64,000 bases of DNA from Alphaproteobacteria bacterium (GTDB taxonomy: Bacteria > Pseudomonadota > Alphaproteobacteria > UBA2966): positions 192,001 through 256,000 of the forward strand of contig OZ219858.1 in the NCBI GenBank assembly GCA_964291395.2, given 5' to 3'. A program made the position numbers and the translations under genes. Below the pieces are notes generated by a model, which had not been told where the DNA came from, made no database searches, and was given only the letters and a program-made list of their open reading frames with translations. Shown one piece after another: positions 32,656 to 43,367 of this stretch; positions within the stretch are counted from its first letter, which is position 1; each line of letters begins with the position of its first letter.

Positions 32656-32877
32656 ATGAACATCGAGATCGCTTACTGCTCAGTTTGAAACTACGAGCCT
32701 AGGGCCCTCCGTGCGAGGGAACAGATCTTGGCCAGGGTGCCAGAAGCCAACGTCCGGCTCGTAAAAGGGAACACGGGTGACTTCGAAGTCACCGTGGGCG
32801 GCGTGTTGAAGTTCTCCAAGCAGGAACTCAGGCGTTTTCCCACGGACGAGGAAACCGTCGGTCTGGTCTCGGGCTGA
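32656..32877 (+). CDS. Rdx family (SelW/SelT/SelH) selenoprotein with in-frame UGA at 32686-32688
   Basis: Manual translation MNIEIAYCSVUNYEPRALRAREQILARVPEANVRLVKGNTGDFEVTVGGVLKFSKQELRRFPTDEETVGLVSG; CxxU, GxFEV, FSK and RFP family motifs; SD AGGAG upstream. Confidence 0.88.
32705..32719 (+). promoter_or_regulatory. Candidate bacterial SECIS hairpin
   Basis: CCCTC-CGTGC-GAGGG; loop starts about 21 nt after UGA, with G at loop position 2. Confidence 0.6.
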
Positions 32878-32902
32878 GGCTGAATCGGCGTTGGCGAGGT
32901 GT

Positions 32903-32976
32903 TGGAGCGGGCGAGGGGAATCGAACCCCCGTCGTAAGCTTGGGAAGCTTCTGCTCTGCCATTGAGCTACGCCCGC
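32903..32976 (-). tRNA. tRNA-Gly(CCC)
   Basis: Reverse complement GCGGGCGTAGCTCAATGGCAGAGCAGAAGCTTCCCAAGCTTACGACGGGGGTTCGATTCCCCTCGCCCGCTCCA; cloverleaf, TTCGA, encoded CCA. Confidence 0.96.
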
Positions 32977-33128
32977 CCACCGATACCGGCAGTCAGCCGA
33001 ACGTCTAGATAGCATACTTCCGGGTTCGGCCGGGATGATCTTGCCGGATACTGGACATTGCCGAGTCTTGGATCGATATTCTGACATGGATACGCGTTGC
33101 TGGACCGGTAATCGTTTCGGAGCAGATC

Positions 33129-33521
33129 ATGTACAGCCAGAAGACGCGGTCGATCGAGGTCACGGTCAAGCCCATGTACCTCGACGACCAGTCCTCGCCG
33201 TCGGACGATCATTACGTGTGGGCCTATTGGGTCCGCATCGAGAACCAGGGATCGGAGACCGTGCAGCTCCGGTCACGGTATTGGCATATCACGGACGCGA
33301 CGGGCCGCATCCAGGAAGTCCGCGGTGCGGGGGTGATTGGCGAGCAACCAGTTCTGCAACCAGGTCAGTCCTTTGAGTACACGAGTGGAACGCCGCTGCC
33401 CACACCGTCCGGCATCATGCTGGGCCGCTACGAGATGGAATCGGAGCAGGGAGAGAGATTCGAAATCGACATTCCTGCGTTCTCACTGGACAGCCCGTAT
33501 CAGGAGAAGTCGATCAACTAG
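33129..33521 (+). CDS. apaG: ApaG protein
   Basis: [41 protein letters not shown]. Confidence 0.95.
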   Translation: MYSQKTRSIEVTVKPMYLDDQSSPSDDHYVWAYWVRIENQGSETVQLRSRYWHITDATGRIQEVRGAGVIGEQPVLQPGQSFEYTSGTPLPTPSGIMLGRYEMESEQGERFEIDIPAFSLDSPYQEKSIN

Positions 33522-33653
33522 ACCTTGGTTGTACGGGATCCACCCAATCGCCGGCAACGCGAGCAGGCTCGCGGCCGCGTGTATGTATGGTGATTGCAGG
33601 CCCATCGGGAAAAACCACATGCGAGATCGGGGAGATATCCGTTGACCGCGCAA

Positions 33654-34289
33654 ATGACCGCCGAAGTGGACGAGAATGACGACGCGAATATCGCCGTGCA
33701 CCAGCGACCCACCCGGGCACAGGCGGAGGACGCGATTCGGACCCTCATCGCGTGGCTCGGCGACGATCCGAGTCGTGAAGGCCTGACCGGCACACCCAGA
33801 CGGGTCATACGCGCCTACCAGGAATTTTTCAGCGGCTACGAGGACGACCCGGTCGGATATCTGCAGCAGACGTTCGAAGAAGTGGATGGGTATGACGAGA
33901 TGGTCGTCCTGCGGGACATCCGCTTCGAGTCGCACTGCGAACACCACATGCTTCCGATCATCGGGTGTGCCCACGTCGCCTACCTGCCCACGTGTCGGGT
34001 CGTCGGGATCAGCAAGCTCGCGCGGGTCGTCGAGGCCTACGCCAAGCGGCTGCAAATACAGGAAAAACTCACCGCGCAGATCGCGAATACGGTGAACGAG
34101 GTGCTGCAGCCTCAGGGGGTTGGCGTTGTGGTCGAGGCCGCGCACCAGTGCATGACGATGCGGGGTGTCCACAAGCCCGGCGTCACCATGGTGACCAGCC
34201 AGATGCTCGGCAGGTTCAGAAGTGACTCCAGAACCCGGCGCGAATTCATGTCCTTGATCAACCACCAAAGCGGCTCGACGAATCTCTGA
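33654..34289 (+). CDS. folE: GTP cyclohydrolase I
   Basis: [27 protein letters not shown]. Confidence 0.96.
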   Translation: MTAEVDENDDANIAVHQRPTRAQAEDAIRTLIAWLGDDPSREGLTGTPRRVIRAYQEFFSGYEDDPVGYLQQTFEEVDGYDEMVVLRDIRFESHCEHHMLPIIGCAHVAYLPTCRVVGISKLARVVEAYAKRLQIQEKLTAQIANTVNEVLQPQGVGVVVEAAHQCMTMRGVHKPGVTMVTSQMLGRFRSDSRTRREFMSLINHQSGSTNL

Positions 34290-34350
34290 CCGACGTCGCT
34301 GAGGCTCTGCCTCGGACGAAGCACGACGGCCATTGGCGGGCGAAGCGGCG

Positions 34351-35796
34351 ATGGACTATCGGCCCATCTTCTTCATCGTTGGCATTCTGCTGGTCATGCT
34401 CGGCGTTGCGATGCTGATACCGGCCATCGTGGACGCGGCCGCCCACAATCCGGATTGGTCCGTGTTCCTGGCATCGGCTTTTCTGACGCTGTTCGTGGGC
34501 GGCACTTTCATACTCATGAACCGTTCGCGGTTCGGGTTCCTTGGCGTCCGGCAGGCGTTCGTCCTTACCACCATGAGCTGGATCGTCATTGCGGCGTTCG
34601 GCGCCCTGCCGTTCACGTTCTCCAACCTGGAACTCACTTATACCGACGCGTTCTTTGAGGCCATGTCCGGAATCACGACCACTGGGTCGACCGTGGTGAC
34701 AGGGTTGGATTCGGCTCCTCCGGGAATCCTGTTGTGGCGGTCGCTCCTGCAGTGGCTTGGGGGGATCGGCATAGTCGTGATGGCTATCGCGGTGCTTCCC
34801 ATGTTGCGTGTCGGCGGCATGCAGCTGTTCCACATGGAATCATCCGATCGTTCCGACAAGATGATGCCGCGGGCAACTCAAATCTCCACGACCATCGCCG
34901 CGATATACCTTCTGCTGACTGCCGCGTGCTTCGCTGCATATTGGGCGGCGGGAATGCCACCCTTCGACGCGGTTGCCCATTCGATGACGACCATCGCGAC
35001 AGGCGGCTTTTCCACCTCGGATGCATCGCTTGGTCATTTTCAATCCCCGGCGGTTCACTGGATCGCGGTGTGTTTCATGATTCTGGGAAGTCTGCCGTTC
35101 CTACTCTATTTCGAGACGGTGCGCGGCCGGGCAACCGCTCTCTGGCGAGACACCCAGGTGCGCTGGTTCTGCGGCATTACGGTCCTCAGCTTCGCCGCCA
35201 TGGTCTATTGGCGCTGGCGTGACGCCGACGGACCCTTCCACGACACGCTTCGGGACTGCGCCTTCAATGTGACCTCGATCATTACGGGGACCGGATACTC
35301 GACCGCCGACTACACGACGTGGGGAACGTTCGCCGTCTCGGCATTCTTTCTGTTCATGTTCGTGGGAGGCTGCGCGGGGTCCACGTCGTGCAGCATCAAG
35401 ATTTTTCGGTTCCAGATCCTGTTCTCGGTCCTGCGCACCCAGTTGCTCCGATTGTGGCAGCCGCACGGCGTGTTCGTCCCCTATTACAACCGGAAACCTA
35501 TCGACGAATCGGTCACTGAAGCGGTGATGGTGTTCTTCTTCCTGTTCATCTTGACGTTTGGCGTGCTCGCGCTCGCGCTTGCCGTCATCGGACTCGATTT
35601 CGTGACGAGTATTTCGGGCGCGGCAACCGCCATCGCGAACGTCGGACCTGCGCTTGGCGACACGATCGGGCCGGGCGGCACCTTCACGTCACTGCCGGAC
35701 TCGGCCAAATGGGTGTTGAGCGCCGGCATGCTTCTCGGGCGGCTCGAGCTGCTCACCGTGCTGGTACTGTTCACGCCGGGCTTCTGGAGGGCCTGA
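34351..35796 (+). CDS. trkH: Trk-system potassium uptake protein
   Basis: FEAMSGITTTG, QWLGGIG, ATGGFS, GGCAGS, NVGP, LGRLE. Confidence 0.93.
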   Translation: MDYRPIFFIVGILLVMLGVAMLIPAIVDAAAHNPDWSVFLASAFLTLFVGGTFILMNRSRFGFLGVRQAFVLTTMSWIVIAAFGALPFTFSNLELTYTDAFFEAMSGITTTGSTVVTGLDSAPPGILLWRSLLQWLGGIGIVVMAIAVLPMLRVGGMQLFHMESSDRSDKMMPRATQISTTIAAIYLLLTAACFAAYWAAGMPPFDAVAHSMTTIATGGFSTSDASLGHFQSPAVHWIAVCFMILGSLPFLLYFETVRGRATALWRDTQVRWFCGITVLSFAAMVYWRWRDADGPFHDTLRDCAFNVTSIITGTGYSTADYTTWGTFAVSAFFLFMFVGGCAGSTSCSIKIFRFQILFSVLRTQLLRLWQPHGVFVPYYNRKPIDESVTEAVMVFFFLFILTFGVLALALAVIGLDFVTSISGAATAIANVGPALGDTIGPGGTFTSLPDSAKWVLSAGMLLGRLELLTVLVLFTPGFWRA

Positions 35797-35928
35797 GGTC
35801 ACTTCAACCAACCTGCGGCCCGGTCTCGCGCGGGTGGACGCTTCGGCGGCGGCGGCGCTATCGTTCGCCTTCTGGTCGCCGCGCATGAGTCGGTGGGCGC
35901 CGACCCGCCCGTGTTCCGGAAGAGTCTT

Positions 35929-37095
35929 ATGTCAGAACCCGCACCTTCCGCAGTGGAACTTCTCGAGAAACTCGTCGCATTCGACACGACGAGCCGCAAT
36001 TCCAACCTCGAGCTGATTCGGTTTGCCACGGACTATCTCGCCGCATACGGCGTCGACGCGGCGGTGATCCACGATGATACGAAAACGAAGGCGAATCTCT
36101 ACGCGACGCTAGGCCCCAAGCGGGACGGCGGCATCGTGTTGTCGGGCCACACCGACGTCGTGCCGGTGGACGGCCAGGACTGGCACACGGACCCCTTCGC
36201 TCTCGTGGAATCCAACGGCAGGCTTTTCGGTCGCGGGACCGCCGACATGAAAGGTTTTTGCGCCGCCGTGTTGGCGATGGTTCCCGAGTTCCTGTCACGG
36301 ACGCTCAAGGCGCCGCTTCACATCGCGTTCTCCTACGACGAGGAGGTGGGCTGTGTCGGTGTCCACGGCATGATTCCCTGCGTCGTCGTGCCCGGCGTCA
36401 CCCCCAAGGCCGTCATCGTCGGCGAACCGACCAGTATGCGAGTGGTCAATGCGCACAAGGGCATCCGCGCCTTTCGGACGACCGTGACCGGATTGGAGTC
36501 GCACTCGAGCGCCACCCACAAGGGCGTCAACGCCGTGATGGTCGCCGCAGAGCTGATTTCCTTCCTGTCGCGGGTGGCCGCGGACGAAAAGGCCGCCGCC
36601 GATCCGGAATCCCGCTTCGACCCGCCCTTCACGAGCGTCAGCGTGGGGCCCGTCTCGGGAGGGACGGCGCTCAACATCATCCCCCGGCACTGCAGTTTCG
36701 TATGGGAGTACAGACCCCTCCCCGATGCCGAAGAAAACGAGATCTTCGAGCGCTTCATGCAATACGTGGAGGACGACGTCCTGCCCCCCCTGCGTCAGAT
36801 CTCCGACGAGGTGTCGGTCGAGACCGCCGCGCTGGCGCGGGTCCCACCGCTGGTTCCGGAAGACGACTCGTCCATCGAGACATTGATCATGGCTCTAGCG
36901 GGAACGAACCAGACCTTCACCGTCTCCTACGGGACGGAGGCTGGCGTGTTTCGCGAGGCCGGCATACCCGCGGTTGTCTGCGGCCCCGGCGATATCATGC
37001 AAGCGCACAGGCCGAACGAATTCATCACCATCGAGCAAATGGAGGCGTGCACCGATTTCCTGCGCCGGGTCCTGGATCACGTTGCCGAGTCCTGA
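35929..37095 (+). CDS. argE: Acetylornithine deacetylase
   Basis: LSGHTDVVP, GRGTADMKG, YDEEVGC, VGEPT, YGTEAG, AHRPNE. Confidence 0.9.
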   Translation: MSEPAPSAVELLEKLVAFDTTSRNSNLELIRFATDYLAAYGVDAAVIHDDTKTKANLYATLGPKRDGGIVLSGHTDVVPVDGQDWHTDPFALVESNGRLFGRGTADMKGFCAAVLAMVPEFLSRTLKAPLHIAFSYDEEVGCVGVHGMIPCVVVPGVTPKAVIVGEPTSMRVVNAHKGIRAFRTTVTGLESHSSATHKGVNAVMVAAELISFLSRVAADEKAAADPESRFDPPFTSVSVGPVSGGTALNIIPRHCSFVWEYRPLPDAEENEIFERFMQYVEDDVLPPLRQISDEVSVETAALARVPPLVPEDDSSIETLIMALAGTNQTFTVSYGTEAGVFREAGIPAVVCGPGDIMQAHRPNEFITIEQMEACTDFLRRVLDHVAES

Positions 37096-37200
37096 CAGGG
37101 CGCGCCCCATGACGGTTCGAGCCCGACCGGAGCCGCCCCGGCGGAGCGCCGCCGCGCCGCCTGGCGCGCGAAGCCCGGAGGCCCGGTGCCACGGACCGGT

Positions 37201-37800
37201 CTACAAGAGATCCTTCCGCATATGCTGACGGATGTTGGCTTCCAGCACGGAATTCAGCTCCTTGATCATCTCCTCGGTCATTTCGAAGAAGAGCCGATCC
37301 CGTTCCGCCAGCGTCATCTCCTCGGGCATCGTGCGCGATCGGACCACGCGCGCGGTCGCGAACGAATCGCGGTACCCGCGTTCCGCCCTGACTTCGACAC
37401 GCGCTTCGAGCGCCGCGTCGTACCGGACTCCCTGCTCCTTGTACAGAAGGCCCCGCAGTCCCTTGCGCACCTTCAGCGGAACGGCGACCACGCGGGCGTC
37501 CTCGATGATGACGCGGCCGCGGCGGGTCTCTCCCGCCGCCTGAATGCGGTCAATGGCCCACTGACGCATCGCCGACAGAGGCGTGAGGGGAAACTGATGC
37601 TCCACATGCGGCGCATGAAGGGGCGGAACATAGTTTTCGACGATTTCCACCTCGGCGACGTTCAGACGGATCGGCGGCAGGTGGCTGAACGTGATTTCGG
37701 GGTAAGCCGCGGGCGGAGCGGGAACAGCGCACGACGCGACCCAGAAACTCGCCAGCAAGACTGCCGTCGCGGTTACGGCACGGGTAGAACCGTTCATCAT
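37201..37800 (-). CDS. Conserved hypothetical lipoprotein
   Basis: Signal peptide with VASC lipobox; coding-like codon bias. Confidence 0.7.
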   Translation of the reverse strand: MMNGSTRAVTATAVLLASFWVASCAVPAPPAAYPEITFSHLPPIRLNVAEVEIVENYVPPLHAPHVEHQFPLTPLSAMRQWAIDRIQAAGETRRGRVIIEDARVVAVPLKVRKGLRGLLYKEQGVRYDAALEARVEVRAERGYRDSFATARVVRSRTMPEEMTLAERDRLFFEMTEEMIKELNSVLEANIRQHMRKDLL

Positions 37801-37904
37801 ACCAAGGCGGTTCCCTGATGCGGAGCCTCGTGCACCCAAAGATGGTGCCGGAAATGCACCTTTACAAGACTCTTGGGTGCCCCATGCTCGTTCCGATCAA
37901 GAGG

Positions 37905-38831
<927 letters not shown>

Positions 38832-38850
38832 GGTGAGCCCTGGGGCCCGA

Positions 38851-40023
38851 TTACCCTCTGAGGCGTTCGCATACGGCTTCGAGTATTCGCACGGCATCGT
38901 CGACCTGATCCTCGTCGACGATGAGAGGCGGCAAGAAACGAACCACGTTGTCGGCGGCGGCCACGGCCAACAGGCCGTCGTCCCGCAGCGCATCGATCAC
39001 GTCGCCGGCCGGGACGGCGCATTTCAATCCAACCAGCAGGCCCAGGCCACGCACCTCCTCCACGATCTCGGGATAGGCGTCCGCGACAGAACCCAGTTTC
39101 TGTCTCATGAGGCCGGCGAGGCGTTGTACGTTGGCGAGGAAACCGTCCTCCAGCATGACATCCAGCACGGCGTCCGCCGCCGCCATGGCGAGCGGATTGC
39201 CCCCGAAGGTCGATCCGTGACTGCCCGACGTCATGGCGCCGGCCACCTTTGCGGAGGCGAGGCAGGCACCGACGGGGAACCCGCCCGCCAGGGCCTTCGC
39301 GACGGCCATGACATCGGGGACGACATCGTCCCATTGGTGCGCGAACAATTTCCCGGTGCGCCCCATTCCCGTCTGGACTTCGTCGTAGAACAGGAGAATT
39401 CCCGCGGCATCCGCGATTCCACGGAGTGCCTTGAGGTAACCTGGAGGCATGGGGTGAACGCCGCCTTCGCCTTGAACGGGCTCGACGAGTATCGCCGCCG
39501 TCTCGTCCGTGACGGCCCGTTTCATCGCCTCCAGATCCCCAAACGGAACCTGGTCGAAGCCATCGACCAACGGACCGAACCCGGCAAGGTGCTTCTCTTG
39601 GCGGCCGGCGGCGAGCTCTGCCAGCGTCCGCCCGTGAAACGCGCCCTCCACCGTGACGACCCGCCACCGCCTCGGGTTGCCTTCCTCGTGATGGAATCTG
39701 CGAACGGTCTTGAGGCCGGTTTCCACGGCCTCGGCACCCGAATTGCAGAAGAACACGGCGTCCGCGAAGGAATTCGCCGTCAGCTTCGCAGCCACCCGTT
39801 CCTGCTCCGGGATGCGGTAAAGGTTCGAAACGTGCCAAAGCCTTTCGGCCTGACGTTTCACTGCCTGTACCATTCTCGGGTGGCAATGGCCGAGGGCGTT
39901 GACGGCGATTCCCGCGGCAAAATCGAGATACCGCCGCCCATCGGTGTCGAACAGATAAGCCCCTTCGCCGCGCTCGAAGGCGACGTCATAGCGGGCATAG
40001 GTCGGGTAGAGCGGTGTATTCAT
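38851..40023 (-). CDS. argD: Acetylornithine aminotransferase
   Basis: [45 protein letters not shown]; directly upstream of argF. Confidence 0.94.
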   Translation of the reverse strand: MNTPLYPTYARYDVAFERGEGAYLFDTDGRRYLDFAAGIAVNALGHCHPRMVQAVKRQAERLWHVSNLYRIPEQERVAAKLTANSFADAVFFCNSGAEAVETGLKTVRRFHHEEGNPRRWRVVTVEGAFHGRTLAELAAGRQEKHLAGFGPLVDGFDQVPFGDLEAMKRAVTDETAAILVEPVQGEGGVHPMPPGYLKALRGIADAAGILLFYDEVQTGMGRTGKLFAHQWDDVVPDVMAVAKALAGGFPVGACLASAKVAGAMTSGSHGSTFGGNPLAMAAADAVLDVMLEDGFLANVQRLAGLMRQKLGSVADAYPEIVEEVRGLGLLVGLKCAVPAGDVIDALRDDGLLAVAAADNVVRFLPPLIVDEDQVDDAVRILEAVCERLRG

Positions 40024-40083
40024 GGTTCTTGGCCTGTGCACCGCGCGCGGATACGTTCGGGCGACGGGCGGAGAAAGGCGGGG

Positions 40084-40112
40084 AGTATGGTGACGGCGCC
40101 GCATGGTGTCAA
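40084..40112 (-). promoter_or_regulatory. sigma70 promoter of argD-argF
   Basis: TTGACA-N17-CATACT on the minus strand. Confidence 0.6.
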
Positions 40113-40349
40113 CGCGCGGAACCGTCCGCGGTCCGGGCTGCGTTGCTCAACGCCAAGGAGAACGTCGTCAGGAATGGAAACCCCGATTCGGATGGTGCCC
40201 GACGGTCCGCCGAACGACCTTTCGAAAGCGCCGAATTTCCTCGAGATACGGTGTCCAGGCACCAAGCCGTTCATTCGGTCGAGCGACACGCCCGATATCG
40301 TCATCGCGACTCCCGGTGCTCGGTTTCCGAAAGGAGCCTCGAAGCCCGC

Positions 40350-42662
40350 CTAATCGTCGCTATCGTCGGGAACGTCGGCCGCACGGCGTTGTGACGGTTC
40401 CGGCACGATGCCGCTTGACGGTTTCGCGTGTTCGCCCCGATGCCGGCTCACGCGTAACGGCGGCGCCTGCGCATCCTTGTCTTCCCCGAAATAGATGGTT
40501 TGATGCGGGAAAGGAATCTCGATTCCATGGTCGTCGAACTTGCGCTTCATCCGTCGGTTGAACTCTCGCGAGACCGCCCATTGCCGTCCCGGACTCGTCT
40601 TGAGGCGCACACGAACGACGACCGCGGAGTCCGCGAGCTCCTGCACACCCAATACCTCGAGAGGCTCCGGCAGATCATCGGCAAAATCCGGATCCTCCCT
40701 GAGCTCCGCGCCGATCTCTTCAAGCAACTGCGTGACGTCATCCGTATTCTCCCGATAGGCGATACCGGCATCGATGACGGCGTACGAGAATTCCTTCGTG
40801 AAGTTCGTGACGTCGGTGACCGCGCTGAAGGGCACGACGTGAACGCGGCCGTGCAGATCCCGCAGATTTATCGTGCGAACCGTGAGCCCCTCGACGACGC
40901 CCGTGTAACCGCCGACGCTCACGACGTCGCCCACCGCGATCTGGTCCTCGAACAGGATGAAGGCGCCCGTGATGACATCCTTGACCAGAGTCTGTGCGCC
41001 GAAGCCGATCGCAAGTCCCGCGACACCGGCACCGGCAAGAAGTGGGCCGATGTCGACACCCAGTTCCGACAGCACGGTCAGCGTCACTACGGAACCTATG
41101 ACGATCAGCAGAGCATTCCTTGCCAGCGGGAGCAGCGTCCTGACACGCGCACTGGCCGTGACTGACGAATCCTCGGCGTCGGCCCGCTCCAGGTAAACCG
41201 AAATGAGGAGACTGACCAGTTCCCAAATGGCCAGTCCCACCAGAAGAACCAACGCGATGCTGAAGGCTCGGGTAACGAGGATTTGCCCCGATTCCCCCAG
41301 GAACCAGGCGAAGACATCGATGTGCCAGGCCTGCAGCACCAGGAACGCCGCGACCGTGTAGATGGCAACGGTAAAGAGCCGGGAGATCAGCGGGACGTAA
41401 CGGTTGGCTCGTTGCTCGACTTGGGGATAGCGCTGGCGTATGTCACTGGATACTCGAAACAACCGGCGCACGCCTCGGTGCGCGACCCCGTTCACCAGTC
41501 GTGCGACGATCAGGATCACCACGGTCACGGCCGTCGCTCTGGCGACAAAAACGAACCCGCCCGGAACCTCGAGCGCCCAGATCAAATACACGCCTGCGAT
41601 ATAGAGAGCGCACAGGATATGCCAGACCTCGGCGATGCGCCCCCGCAACCCGTCCCACGCACGCGCCGTGGGTGACCGGGACGTCTGATCGGGACTCATC
41701 GCGTTGGCGACCGCTTCACGCATCTGCAGGACCAGCACGATCAGTAGAATCGTTTCCAAGAGGCCGACCAGCTTCAACAGGCCGGTGTAGCCCGCGGGAG
41801 GCAATCCCAGCGCGAGCGCAGCCTGAAGCAGGAAGAACCCGAAGACGGGTACGTTCACGAGGCGTTTCAACCACAGGTACGCGTACACCGCCGTCTGGTC
41901 ACTGATGTCGATGAGCCGAAGCGACGGGACCAGCGGCGCGAACGACATCCGCAGGACCACGACGATACCGCGCGAGATTGCGACCGCGTTCACGATGGCG
42001 ACGATCGCGATCCGAGTCGCCGGATTGGGATCGGCCACGGCGACCGTCAAATATGCGGCCACGGCAAAAGCCGCGACGGTCAGGAAATCCAGGACGGTTC
42101 GTGCGGCCAGCGACGTCGCCCTGACACCCAGCGAGGATGCCTCGCGCTGTTCGACCGCCAGGCGGGGACGTGCCAGCACTTTGTGCACGAACCATCCGAC
42201 CAGTGCGCCTGCCAGCACGACGATGGCCAGGTGGAGCAGGAGATCGACCCAGATCCTGCGCCGTTCGAAATCCTGGGCTTGATCGATGATCCACCTGCCC
42301 GTCTTGCGTGGATCGCCGACGAGGCCGGCGAGCGCCCCGAACTGCGCGCCGAGCGTAGCGGCCTTCTCGGCAATGACGGACAACGTGGGACTCGCCACCG
42401 GCTCGACCGGCGGCGCAGCCTCCGGTTCGAAACCTGGATGCGTGGCGAGCAAGGTCTTCAGGTGTTTGAGGAATCGCTGCCGCGCGGCGTCGTCTTCGAG
42501 CGTTTCTATGACGGCCGAAAGCTCTTCGACCGGCACGTCGTCGGTCTGCGCGCTGACGGGAGTGGACGTCCACGGCTGGAACACGCAGAACCATACGATT
42601 CCAACCAGAATGGTGACGCGCCACGATAATCGCGACGAACGGTCGATCCCGCTCATGTGCAT
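40350..42662 (-). CDS. Large MscS-family mechanosensitive channel (YbiO-like); start approximate
   Basis: LLAGAGVAGLAIGFGAQTLVKD, GDVV, GIEIPFP; many TM helices. Confidence 0.9.
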   Translation of the reverse strand: MHMSGIDRSSRLSWRVTILVGIVWFCVFQPWTSTPVSAQTDDVPVEELSAVIETLEDDAARQRFLKHLKTLLATHPGFEPEAAPPVEPVASPTLSVIAEKAATLGAQFGALAGLVGDPRKTGRWIIDQAQDFERRRIWVDLLLHLAIVVLAGALVGWFVHKVLARPRLAVEQREASSLGVRATSLAARTVLDFLTVAAFAVAAYLTVAVADPNPATRIAIVAIVNAVAISRGIVVVLRMSFAPLVPSLRLIDISDQTAVYAYLWLKRLVNVPVFGFFLLQAALALGLPPAGYTGLLKLVGLLETILLIVLVLQMREAVANAMSPDQTSRSPTARAWDGLRGRIAEVWHILCALYIAGVYLIWALEVPGGFVFVARATAVTVVILIVARLVNGVAHRGVRRLFRVSSDIRQRYPQVEQRANRYVPLISRLFTVAIYTVAAFLVLQAWHIDVFAWFLGESGQILVTRAFSIALVLLVGLAIWELVSLLISVYLERADAEDSSVTASARVRTLLPLARNALLIVIGSVVTLTVLSELGVDIGPLLAGAGVAGLAIGFGAQTLVKDVITGAFILFEDQIAVGDVVSVGGYTGVVEGLTVRTINLRDLHGRVHVVPFSAVTDVTNFTKEFSYAVIDAGIAYRENTDDVTQLLEEIGAELREDPDFADDLPEPLEVLGVQELADSAVVVRVRLKTSPGRQWAVSREFNRRMKRKFDDHGIEIPFPHQTIYFGEDKDAQAPPLRVSRHRGEHAKPSSGIVPEPSQRRAADVPDDSDD

Positions 42663-42704
42663 TGTTCGCTTATCGATCATCAGCGGGCACACAGTACACG
42701 AAGA

Positions 42705-42979
42705 ACCCCGGACCGGCATTGGTCCACGCGGCTCTCGGATTCCAGCTCGGTGCGTTCGACGCCAGGGTTCTCTCGGTGATGATCTTCGTGACGTTCCTGG
42801 TCAATATCTTCACGTCCGCAGGTCTCAAGTTCTGCGCGCCAGGACTTCACAAGCTGGGAGACACCGCGCACCTGCTGCTGAATGGAGATGCAAAGGGTGA
42901 GACCGGCGCGGCAGGCGATGCCGCGACGTCTGCCGCGTCACCACCGTCGCACGGAGTAGCGATTTCCGGAAAGACCTGA
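42705..42979 (+). pseudogene. 3' fragment of a membrane protein gene, possibly a cation:proton antiporter C-terminus
   Basis: PGPALVHAALGFQLGAFDARVLSVMIFVTFLVNIFTSAGLK with coding-like third positions but no credible start. Confidence 0.4.
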
Positions 42980-43000
42980 GCGCGACGACCCTCGGAGGAA

Positions 43001-43078
43001 TGGCGCGCCCGGGAGGACTCGAACCCCCGACCCCCAGATTCGTAGTCTGGTGCTCTGATCCAACTGAGCTACGGGCGC
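43001..43078 (-). tRNA. tRNA-Arg(ACG)
   Basis: Reverse complement GCGCCCGTAGCTCAGTTGGATCAGAGCACCAGACTACGAATCTGGGGGTCGGGGGTTCGAGTCCTCCCGGGCGCGCCA. Confidence 0.96.
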
Positions 43079-43123
43079 TGCATCATTCGCGAGAAGACGG
43101 ATCGTTTTCGCGAAAGCGAGGCG

Positions 43124-43152
43124 ACACTAAATAAAACGTTTCCCCCCCGCAA
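43124..43152 (-). promoter_or_regulatory. Candidate sigma70 promoter of tRNA-Arg
   Basis: TTGCGG-N17-TAGTGT on the minus strand. Confidence 0.45.
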
Positions 43153-43367
43153 GGGGAAGGAAACCGGGTCTCGAATCGAGAACGTCCGATAATGGCTTAC
43201 AATGCTTGAAGAAAACGCGCTTGTGGCGATTCCGACCATTAGTTAAGATCACCGCCGACCGGAGGCTGCCTTTGGGCTTTTCAGCCAGTTTATGTTTGCC
43301 TTCCAATAGAACGGTTTCCTGCCGCGGCTAAGCCGACACGAAGTCAAAGCAAGTGGTATTCGCAGGC

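Noticed and set aside
32680-33087. 135-aa minus-strand ORF
   Set aside because: It runs across tRNA-Gly and is antisense to the selenoprotein gene.
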